The notes under the pieces: model-generated
Told to the model about the DNA's origin: nothing
Databases searched by the model: none
The model's input: the letters and a program-made list of their open reading frames with translations, nothing else
Assembly: GCF_000189295.2 (NCBI RefSeq)
Contig: NC_016803.1
Span: 3,360,001-3,392,000, forward strand
DNA from: Pseudodesulfovibrio mercurii
Lineage (GTDB): Bacteria; Desulfobacterota; Desulfovibrionia; Desulfovibrionales; Desulfovibrionaceae
Reading direction: 5' to 3'
DNA length: 32,000 nucleotides
Translations under genes and position numbers: made by a program
Part shown: positions 8,828-16,158 of the stretch, one piece after another
How positions within the stretch are numbered: position 1 is the stretch's first letter
Layout: every line of letters begins with the position of its first letter

Positions 8828-8913
8828 GCGCCGAATCCGCTTCGTTGCCGGGGGGGCGCCGTGGAAGGCTACGGCTTCGCCCCGCCGCCTTGCATCTCCA
8901 AAACCTTTCTCCA

Positions 8914-8950
8914 TAAAAAAAGGCCTCATCAAACCGATGAGGCCTTTTCT
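8914..8950. terminator. Bidirectional intrinsic terminator between convergent moaA and the DUF748 gene
   Basis: aaaaaaa-aggcctcatc-aaacc-gatgaggcct-tttt: a perfect 10-bp stem flanked by an A-run and a T-run. Confidence 0.7.
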
Positions 8951-8984
8951 CTTCCTTGCCGCACAGAGGCTTTCGAGAGTGGTG

Positions 8985-9088
8985 CGGCCGTGCATTTTCT
9001 TTCCGGGGCTTTGACCGCAGCGTAGTCGGCCTACGTGAGGATCAAAGCCCCGGGGAATAATGTACGCGGGCCGCTATGGGAAGCCGGC
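8985..9088. repeat. Intergenic repeat family B, copy 1 (long imperfect hairpin)
   Basis: Aligns with 19011..19126 (gagagtgg..g.gcattttctt...ggggcttt.accgcagcgtag.cg..ctacgtgaggat.aaag.cccc...aatgt.c...ggcccgctat.g.aagccg). Stem ccggggctttga / tcaaagccccgg. Confidence 0.75.
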
Positions 9089-9093
9089 GTCCA

Positions 9094-12000
9094 TCAATCA
9101 ATACCCAGGTCGGCGCGATGCTTGGGCACGCCGGTCTTGCCGTCGGACTTGGTCTCCTTGTCCAGGAGGAAGACGCGGTCGGTCAGGGCCGGATCGCGGG
9201 TGATGATGTACTCCTTGACCGCGTCCGCGCGGTCCATGGCCAGCTGATGGAGCATCTCGTCGGTGACGTCGATGCGGTCGCGGATGAACTTCTCCATGAC
9301 GTCCACGGGCTGGCGGTCGGTGACGAACAGGGTGGTCGGCTTGACGCCCTCGTCGTCCGGCTCGGCGGCGTAGGCCTCGTAGAGCATGTCCTCGTACTCG
9401 TCCGGGGCCACCGTGATCTGGTCCACCGTGGTCTCGGCCCGCTTGGAGCGGGGCAGGTCGTCGTACTTGGCCTGCCTGATCTTGTGTTCCAGGATGACCT
9501 GGACGAGCCCGTTCCTGTCGGCCACGGGGTCCACCACGCCGTCCACCTCAAGCTTGAGCTTCGTGCGCTCGGTCAGGGCCTTGATGACGGTGTTCAGCTT
9601 GTCCTCGCCCTGGGCGCTCAAGCCCGCGCGGCCCGGTTCGAAGACCACGAAGTCCATGTTCTCGCCGCCGCCGAACATGGAGCCGATGAGCGAGAAGGGC
9701 GAGGTCAGGGCCTTGAAGAGCATGTTGATGATCGCCTGGAAGACGATGCCGCCGATGCGGAAGTTGGGGTCGTCCAGCCGCCCGGTGATGGGCAGGTTGA
9801 GCTGCATGTCGCCGTTGGAGTCCTGGAGCAGGGCCAGGCCGAACTCCACCGGGATGTTGGGCGCGTCGGGCCGTTTGTCCTTTCTGCCCAGTTCGAGCTG
9901 TTCGATGAAGAACTTGTTCTTGGCGTCCAGGACCCAGTTGTCGGTCTTGAAGGTCACGTCCGCATAGAGCCGCCCCTTCTGGATGGGGTAGGCCAGGTTC
10001 TTGAGGGTGTACGGGGTCAGGGGCACCAGCTCCATGCCGTTCACCGAGATGGTCAGGTCGGAATAGATGGGCCGGATCACCGGGTTGACCACGCCGGTCA
10101 CGGCCACGGGGGTGGGCCCGATCTTGGCCTTGAAGTCCACCTTGGGCCGTGCCTCCGGGGTCTGGCCGATGTCGGTCAGGCTCAGGGTCATACCCGTCAG
10201 CTCGGTGGCGAAGGACGGGTGGATGCTCTCGTCGCGGAACTTGAGCGCGCCGTTTTGCATGCCGACCTTGCCCACGGTCAGGGTCTCGAAGAACGGCTTT
10301 TCCTCGGCCGCCTGCTCCTCGGTCTGCGCCTCGATCTCCTTGACCTCGGCCTCGGGCACCGGGGCGGGCTGGGCGGCCGCCGCACCGGCCTTGTCCTCGG
10401 CCTGGGGCGCACCCTCGGCGGGCGCGGGCGCGGGTTCGGGCAGGCGCAGGGCGCGCCGGACGTTCAGGCGGCCGTCCTTGTCGAAGTGGACCAGGGCGCG
10501 CGGCCCGTTGAGGTTGATCTCGCCCACGGCCAGGACCATGGGTTCGTTCACAAAGTCGATGCCCTTGACGTCCAGCCGGTCGATGCCCGCCAGCTCGTCG
10601 TCCTCGAAGGTGGTCTTGACCTTGAGGTCGGACAGGGCGGTGCTGCCCTTGGCCGTGAACTTCGGGGTCTCGCCGCCGGTGAAGGTGTAGTCGAGGTCGG
10701 CGTGGACCGCGCCGTCGGCGATGAGCAGGTCCGTGTCCTGGGCCAGGTAGCCGTCCAGGGGACGCAGCCCGAACTTGCTGACCTTGATGGAGCCGTTCGA
10801 CTCCAGCGGGTCGATGGACGCCCTGCCGCGCGCCGAGAACCAGCCGCCGCCGGTCCAGCCCGCGCTGACGGAGTAGGGCATGCGCGCGCCCTTTTCCGTG
10901 GAGATGTCGGTCAGGTCCAGCTTGAACCTGCGCAGCCCGAGCCGGGTCGGCTGGGCCAGGGCCAGGTCCTGGAAGTCGGCGGAACCGTCCTCCACCACGA
11001 CGTGATCCACCGTGGCCGTCCACGGGGTCTCGGGTCCGTTGTCCGCGGTTCCCTGGGGTTCGGGCGCGGTCCCGGTCTCGACCGCGACCTCCTCGCCCGT
11101 CTTGGCGGCCTCTTCGAATATCCGTTGCAGGTCCAGGCGGCCGTCCTTTTCGCGGACCACCCGGACCGCCGGTTCGGACACCTTGACTTCGGCCACGCCG
11201 ACCTTGCGGCCGTCCAGGTCCAGGGTCGCGCCGGTCACGTCCAGGGCTCCCAGGGTCAGGCTCGGCTCCTTAGCCTCGGGTTTGCGCACGGCCAGGTTCG
11301 CCAGGTTCAGGGTCCCGTTTTGCGCGGTCACCTGCGGCTTGCCGTCCGGCTCGCTGAAATCCAGGTCCACGGAGAAGCCGAGCTTGCCGGAGTCCACCAG
11401 CAGGGGCTGGGCCTCGTTGAGGTACGGGGCGTAGAGGGGCACGTCCAGGTCCTTGCCGGACAAGGTCAGTTTGGTCGTGGGCGGGGTCACGGTGGCCTCG
11501 CCCTTGACGTAGATGAATCCCTCGGAGCCGAAGGAGCCGTTGAACACCGTGGTCTGCTCGGGCCGGGTGGACAGCCCTTCGGCCGTGAAGTCGAGCTTCG
11601 GGAAGGTGTGGCGGAAGCCGCCCTTGACGCACTGGTCGCTGAAATCCACGGTCCCGTCCTTGATCTCGAAATTGCGCAGGTCGAAGACGAAGGCGGCGTT
11701 GGTGTCCGCCTCGGTCTTGACCTTGGGGCCGGTGGGGCCGGGCTCGGAGCCGGGGAAATAGCCCGTCCAGTTGATCTCGCCGTCGGCCCGGCGCACGACC
11801 TTGAAGAACGGCTGGCTCATGGAGACCCGCTTGACGACCAGGGCGTTGTCGCCCAGGGAGAACCGCTCCATCTCGAAGGCCAGCTTCTTCATGGAGAAGA
11901 CCGGGCCGTCGCCCGGCGCGGTCAGCTCCAGGTCGGTCAGGGTCCCGCCGCCGCCCAGGTAGAGGTTGATGCGCTGCGCCTCGGGCCGTTCGAAGAACAG

Positions 12001-12801
12001 GGAAATGTCCGAGGTGAACCGCCCGCTCTTGAGTTCGAGCGGGGTCTTGATGGGCATGTATTTCCAGTACTGTTGCAGGTCCACATCCACCGCGCCCAGT
12101 TCGAACTCGGTCCGCAGTGTCTTATCGAAGGGCAGGGTGCGCCCCTTGAGCTCCACGGGGTCGCCGTTGACCACGGCCGTGAACACCGGCTGGGTGAACT
12201 CCTTGACGTCCTTGGCGATGCTCGAGGTGAACGGCACGCGCAGGTGGATGTCGGCGATGACGTGCTTCTTGCCTCGGGGCCGGTCGTCGAAGGTGATCAT
12301 GGAGTTGGTCAGCTCGAGGCCGTACAGGGCGAAGGGGAAGATGGCGCCCTTTTCCTCCGGCTTGGGCTGCTCCTGGTTGACGCTGTCCGGGGTGCCGAGC
12401 AGGTCGGAGACGGAGTACTTGCCGTTGCCGTAGAAGGTCACGTTGACGTTGAGCCCGTCGAGCTTGAGGTAGCTGACCACCGGGGCCAGCTTCCAGATGG
12501 AGGAGGCGCCGGGCGCGACCTCCAGGTGGCCCAGGGAGAGGAGGTCGCCCTCCTCCTTGAGGTTTTTGATGTGCAGGTCCGAGGCCTCCAGGTGGAAGTT
12601 GAGCGGATTGAATCGGATGTCGCCCAGGCTGGCCTCGCGCTTGAGGTTTTCTTTGATCTGGCTGACCAGGACCGACTTGAGGATCGGGGGTACGGCGAAG
12701 AAGCCGAATAGGGTGTAGACCACGAAGGCGGTCAGCAGCCAGAAGACGATGCGCCGAAGGAGCGGGGTGCCGAAGTGTATCTTGTCGAGGAAAGCCAGCA
12801 T
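9094..12801 (-). CDS. Large membrane-anchored DUF748 / AsmA-like protein
   Basis: 1235-aa ORF. N-terminal TM helix (IVFWLLTAFVVYTLFGFFAVPPIL). Long beta-rich repetitive body, central Ala/Pro/Glu-rich linker and protein-like composition. The family call is from memory of the DUF748 architecture. Confidence 0.88.
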   Translation of the reverse strand: MLAFLDKIHFGTPLLRRIVFWLLTAFVVYTLFGFFAVPPILKSVLVSQIKENLKREASLGDIRFNPLNFHLEASDLHIKNLKEEGDLLSLGHLEVAPGASSIWKLAPVVSYLKLDGLNVNVTFYGNGKYSVSDLLGTPDSVNQEQPKPEEKGAIFPFALYGLELTNSMITFDDRPRGKKHVIADIHLRVPFTSSIAKDVKEFTQPVFTAVVNGDPVELKGRTLPFDKTLRTEFELGAVDVDLQQYWKYMPIKTPLELKSGRFTSDISLFFERPEAQRINLYLGGGGTLTDLELTAPGDGPVFSMKKLAFEMERFSLGDNALVVKRVSMSQPFFKVVRRADGEINWTGYFPGSEPGPTGPKVKTEADTNAAFVFDLRNFEIKDGTVDFSDQCVKGGFRHTFPKLDFTAEGLSTRPEQTTVFNGSFGSEGFIYVKGEATVTPPTTKLTLSGKDLDVPLYAPYLNEAQPLLVDSGKLGFSVDLDFSEPDGKPQVTAQNGTLNLANLAVRKPEAKEPSLTLGALDVTGATLDLDGRKVGVAEVKVSEPAVRVVREKDGRLDLQRIFEEAAKTGEEVAVETGTAPEPQGTADNGPETPWTATVDHVVVEDGSADFQDLALAQPTRLGLRRFKLDLTDISTEKGARMPYSVSAGWTGGGWFSARGRASIDPLESNGSIKVSKFGLRPLDGYLAQDTDLLIADGAVHADLDYTFTGGETPKFTAKGSTALSDLKVKTTFEDDELAGIDRLDVKGIDFVNEPMVLAVGEINLNGPRALVHFDKDGRLNVRRALRLPEPAPAPAEGAPQAEDKAGAAAAQPAPVPEAEVKEIEAQTEEQAAEEKPFFETLTVGKVGMQNGALKFRDESIHPSFATELTGMTLSLTDIGQTPEARPKVDFKAKIGPTPVAVTGVVNPVIRPIYSDLTISVNGMELVPLTPYTLKNLAYPIQKGRLYADVTFKTDNWVLDAKNKFFIEQLELGRKDKRPDAPNIPVEFGLALLQDSNGDMQLNLPITGRLDDPNFRIGGIVFQAIINMLFKALTSPFSLIGSMFGGGENMDFVVFEPGRAGLSAQGEDKLNTVIKALTERTKLKLEVDGVVDPVADRNGLVQVILEHKIRQAKYDDLPRSKRAETTVDQITVAPDEYEDMLYEAYAAEPDDEGVKPTTLFVTDRQPVDVMEKFIRDRIDVTDEMLHQLAMDRADAVKEYIITRDPALTDRVFLLDKETKSDGKTGVPKHRADLGID

Positions 12802-12953
12802 GTTGAACCTGTCCGGAGGGTAAGTGTTTCCGACGATGACCCATTCTAGCCGAAATTGACTGGAGAATCCATAATGGAGAACGGTCCTGTGGTTTCTTGA
12901 GGTAGGGACGTATTCGGCCGGTTGGTCGGGGCGAAATGCCCCGCTTTATCCGG

Positions 12954-12969
12954 TGGCATGGAATATGCG
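12954..12969 (+). promoter_or_regulatory. Candidate sigma-54 type -24/-12 element upstream of the histidine kinase gene
   Basis: TGGCATG-gaat-ATGCg versus consensus TGGCACG-N4-TTGCW. GG and GC are correctly spaced. It lies about 115 nt upstream of the start at 13086. Confidence 0.25.
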
Positions 12970-13085
12970 GATTTTGTTGCCATATTGTGGATATCCGGTG
13001 TATGTTGCAGGCGAATGAAAGTGCCTGCGGGGTCCGGTGCCCGGCCCGCGATCCCGGGGCGCATGAACGCCGACCGGAGCGTGCC

Positions 13086-14798
13086 ATGTCCGACGTGCAT
13101 TATTATCAGGGTTTGGCCAAGAGCATGATGTTCACCATCATCCTGGTCTCCTTCGCCCCCCTGTTCGTGGTCGTGCTCATCGCCGGGTACCAGTACAGCG
13201 TGGCCTACGAGGAAAAGGTCGAGGCCCACCTGCGCGAGCTGGTCCTCAAACACGACCAGACCATCGACGCCTACCTGGACGAGAAGGTGGCCGAGATCCG
13301 GGTCCTGGCCGAGGTCATCGACCTCGGACACCTGGCCACGCCCGAGGGCATCGAGGCCCTGCACGACGCCCTGACCAGGGGCCACGGCACGGATTTCGTG
13401 GACCTGGGGCTGATCGACGAGCGGGGCATTCAGGTGGCCTATTCCGGGCCGTTCCTGCTCCAGGGGCTGGATTACTCCCGCGAGCCGTGGTTCAAGGCCG
13501 TGGGCCGGAACACGGTCCATGTCAGCGATGTGGGGCTGGGCATGCGCGGGGTGCCGCACTTCATCATCGCCCTGCGCATGCGGGCCGACGGCCGCCAGTG
13601 GGTCCTGCGCACCACGCTCGACTTCATCGCCTTCAACCGGCTGGTGGAGGACATCCGCATCGGCGAGACCGGCATGGCCTACATCATCAACCGCGAAGGA
13701 AAATTTCAGACCACCCCGCGCCGGGACATGACCGCCGAGGTCCCGTTCCTGCGCGAGCTGGCCCGGTCCGTCTCCGGGGACGGCGACCGGGGCGGCCGGG
13801 CGGCCATGGCGGTCATGGACAACCCGGCCACGGGCCGCAAGACCATCTTCGTGACCAGCCTGATCAAGGACGGGGACTGGCTGATGGTCTACCAGCAGGA
13901 CGCGGCCGACGCCTTCGCCACCCTGAATCGCAGCCGCGACCTGGCCATCGTCATCCTGTTCCTCGGCGGCCTGGCCATCACGGTCATGGCCTATCTCATG
14001 AGCCGCCGCATGGCCCGCAAGGTGGCCAAGGCGGACTCGGCCAAGGAGATTCTGAACGAGCAGGTCATCGAGGCGGGCAAGCTGGCCTCGGTCGGCGAGC
14101 TGGCCGCGGGCATCGCCCACGAGATCAACAACCCGGTGGCCATCATGGTCGAGGAGGCGGGCTGGATCCAGGACCTCCTGGAGGAGGGCCTGTCCAAGAG
14201 CGACAACGAGCGCGAGGTCCAGCGGGCCCTGAACCAGATCCGCACCCAGGGCGCGCGCTGCAAGGAGATCACCCACAAGCTCCTGTCCTTCGCCCGCAAG
14301 ATCGATCCCACGGTCATGTCCTTCGACCTCAACGAGCTGGTCCGGGAGATCGCCGAGCTGTCCGCCCAGCGGGCCAAGTACGCCAACGTGGTCATCGAGA
14401 CCAGCCTGGGCGACAACATCGCGCCCATCAAGGCGAGCCCGTCGGAGATGCAGCAGGTCTTCCTCAACCTGGTCAACAACGCCATCGACGCCATGGACCC
14501 GGGCGGGGGCAACCTGGACATCAGCACCCGCCAGGAAGGCGATACGGTGCTGACCCTGGTCTCGGACACCGGGTCCGGCATCCCCGAGGCCAACCTGTCG
14601 CGCATCTTCGACCCGTTCTTCACCACCAAGCCGGTGGGCAAGGGGACCGGGCTCGGCCTGTCCATCATCTACGGGATCGTCAACAAGATGGGCGGGACCA
14701 TCTCCGTGGACTCGGCCGTGGGCCGGGGCACCACATTCACCATCAGCATGCCCGCCGGATCGCCCGACGATGCGGACGACGAGGATTCGGAGGCGTGA
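13086..14798 (+). CDS. Sensor histidine kinase with extracytoplasmic (Cache-like) sensing domain
   Basis: ATG at 13086 follows GGAG. Two TM segments ([41 protein letters not shown]) flank about 260 aa. H-box [14 protein letters not shown]-box [13 protein letters not shown]-boxes DTGSGIP and [10 protein letters not shown]. Confidence 0.9.
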   Translation: MSDVHYYQGLAKSMMFTIILVSFAPLFVVVLIAGYQYSVAYEEKVEAHLRELVLKHDQTIDAYLDEKVAEIRVLAEVIDLGHLATPEGIEALHDALTRGHGTDFVDLGLIDERGIQVAYSGPFLLQGLDYSREPWFKAVGRNTVHVSDVGLGMRGVPHFIIALRMRADGRQWVLRTTLDFIAFNRLVEDIRIGETGMAYIINREGKFQTTPRRDMTAEVPFLRELARSVSGDGDRGGRAAMAVMDNPATGRKTIFVTSLIKDGDWLMVYQQDAADAFATLNRSRDLAIVILFLGGLAITVMAYLMSRRMARKVAKADSAKEILNEQVIEAGKLASVGELAAGIAHEINNPVAIMVEEAGWIQDLLEEGLSKSDNEREVQRALNQIRTQGARCKEITHKLLSFARKIDPTVMSFDLNELVREIAELSAQRAKYANVVIETSLGDNIAPIKASPSEMQQVFLNLVNNAIDAMDPGGGNLDISTRQEGDTVLTLVSDTGSGIPEANLSRIFDPFFTTKPVGKGTGLGLSIIYGIVNKMGGTISVDSAVGRGTTFTISMPAGSPDDADDEDSEA

Positions 14799-14825
14799 CG
14801 ACCATGCAACCATCGGGAGGGCGAG

Positions 14826-15260
14826 ATGCCTGCAAGAGTACTCCTCGTTGACGACGAAAAGGGGTTTGTGGACACCATGGCCAAACGGCTGGAGAACCGG
14901 GGCTTCACCGTGGGCGTGGCCTACGACGGCGCCCAGGCCCTGGCCGCCCTGGACAAGGGCGAGATCTATTTCGACGTGGTCGTCCTGGACGTGAAGATGC
15001 CGGGCATGGACGGCAACGAGGTCCTGAAAAGGATCAAGGCCGAGCATCCCCTGGTGGAGGTGGTCATGCTGACCGGCCACGCCACCGTGGAGTCGGCCAT
15101 CGAGGGCATGAAGTCCGGGGCCTTCGACTACATGATGAAGCCGTGCAACCTGGACGAACTCATGGCCAAGATCGGCGAGGCCCACGACAAGAAGCAGGCC
15201 CACGAGGACAAGATTCTCGAGGCCCGCGCCCGACACATCGTCCTGCGCAGGGGCGATTAG
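14826..15260 (+). CDS. Stand-alone response regulator receiver protein with short helical C-terminal tail
   Basis: 144 aa. LLVDDE, VVLDVKMPGMDG, VVMLTGHA, GAFDYMMKP. No output domain. Confidence 0.93.
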   Translation: MPARVLLVDDEKGFVDTMAKRLENRGFTVGVAYDGAQALAALDKGEIYFDVVVLDVKMPGMDGNEVLKRIKAEHPLVEVVMLTGHATVESAIEGMKSGAFDYMMKPCNLDELMAKIGEAHDKKQAHEDKILEARARHIVLRRGD

Positions 15261-15269
15261 GAGGCGGCC

Positions 15270-15641
15270 ATGGCCGACACCCCCATCCGCGTGCTCCTGG
15301 TGGACGACGAGCTCGGCTTTCTCGAGGTGCTGGCCAAGCGCCTGCGCAAGCGCGGCTACGCCGTGACCGCGGCGGGCAGCGGGAGCGAGGGTATTCGGGT
15401 GCTCAGGGACAACGATTTCGACGTGGCCGTCCTGGATCTCAAGCTCGAAGATATGGACGGCATAGAGGTCTTGCAGATAATGAAGAAGATGGTGCCGGAA
15501 TTGCCGGTCATCATGCTCACCGGCCACGGCTCCGAGCAGGCCGCCAGGGAGGGCGTCGAGTCCGGCGCCTTCGACTACCTGCTCAAGCCGTGCGACCTCG
15601 ACGATCTCCTCGACAAGGTCGGGGAGGCCGTGGCCGGATAA
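15270..15641 (+). CDS. Stand-alone response regulator receiver protein
   Basis: 123 aa. LLVDDE, AVLDLKLEDMDG, VIMLTGHG, GAFDYLLKP. AGGAGG RBS upstream. Confidence 0.93.
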   Translation: MADTPIRVLLVDDELGFLEVLAKRLRKRGYAVTAAGSGSEGIRVLRDNDFDVAVLDLKLEDMDGIEVLQIMKKMVPELPVIMLTGHGSEQAAREGVESGAFDYLLKPCDLDDLLDKVGEAVAG

Positions 15642-15668
15642 ACGGAAACGACAGGACGGGAGTGGCGT

Positions 15669-16079
15669 ATGGCCGACATAAAAGCGCTCCTCGTGGACGA
15701 CGAGGAATCCTTTCGAAACACCCTGTGCAAGCGGCTCACGCGCCGGGGCATGACCGTGGAACAGGCTGGCTCGGGCGAAGAGGCCCTGGAGCGGCTCAAG
15801 ACCTTCCAGCCGGACGTGATCCTGCTGGACGTCAAGATGCCCGGCATGGACGGTCTGACCGCCCTGCACAAGATCAAGGAAATCAATCCCCTGGTGGAGG
15901 TGGTCATGCTCACCGGCCACGCCAGCATGGAGATCGCCATCCGGGGCATGGAGCTCGGGGCCTTCGACTACCTGATGAAGCCCGTGGAGTTCGAGGAACT
16001 GCTCTACAAGCTCGAGGACGCCTCCGAGCGCAAGCGGCACCACGAGGACCGCATCGCGGCCAGGGCCGGCAGCTCCTGA
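15669..16079 (+). CDS. Stand-alone response regulator receiver protein with short helical C-terminal tail
   Basis: 136 aa. LLVDDE, ILLDVKMPGMDG, VVMLTGHA, GAFDYLMKP. The tail KRHHEDRIAARA resembles the tail of the first receiver (KQAHEDKILEARA). Confidence 0.93.
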   Translation: MADIKALLVDDEESFRNTLCKRLTRRGMTVEQAGSGEEALERLKTFQPDVILLDVKMPGMDGLTALHKIKEINPLVEVVMLTGHASMEIAIRGMELGAFDYLMKPVEFEELLYKLEDASERKRHHEDRIAARAGSS

Positions 16080-16158
16080 TTCCCGGCCCGGCCTTCCCCG
16101 ACATTCACCAGAGAACCCTGAGACCCTGACCTAGGCTATCTTCAAAGGACGACACCCA

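Noticed and set aside
9076-12711. 1211-aa + strand ORF, with similar very long ORFs at 20..1174 +, 12846..16043 -, 16105..18639 -, 16560..18794 +, 25811..27577 +, 28148..31054 - and 7808..8995 -
   Set aside because: These are antisense or alternative-frame shadows of clearly recognisable genes in a GC3-rich genome. Their translations are dominated by G/R/A/V/D/H/L/P runs. They have no motifs, no RBS-linked starts and no TM or domain logic, while the opposite strand or frame encodes well-formed proteins.
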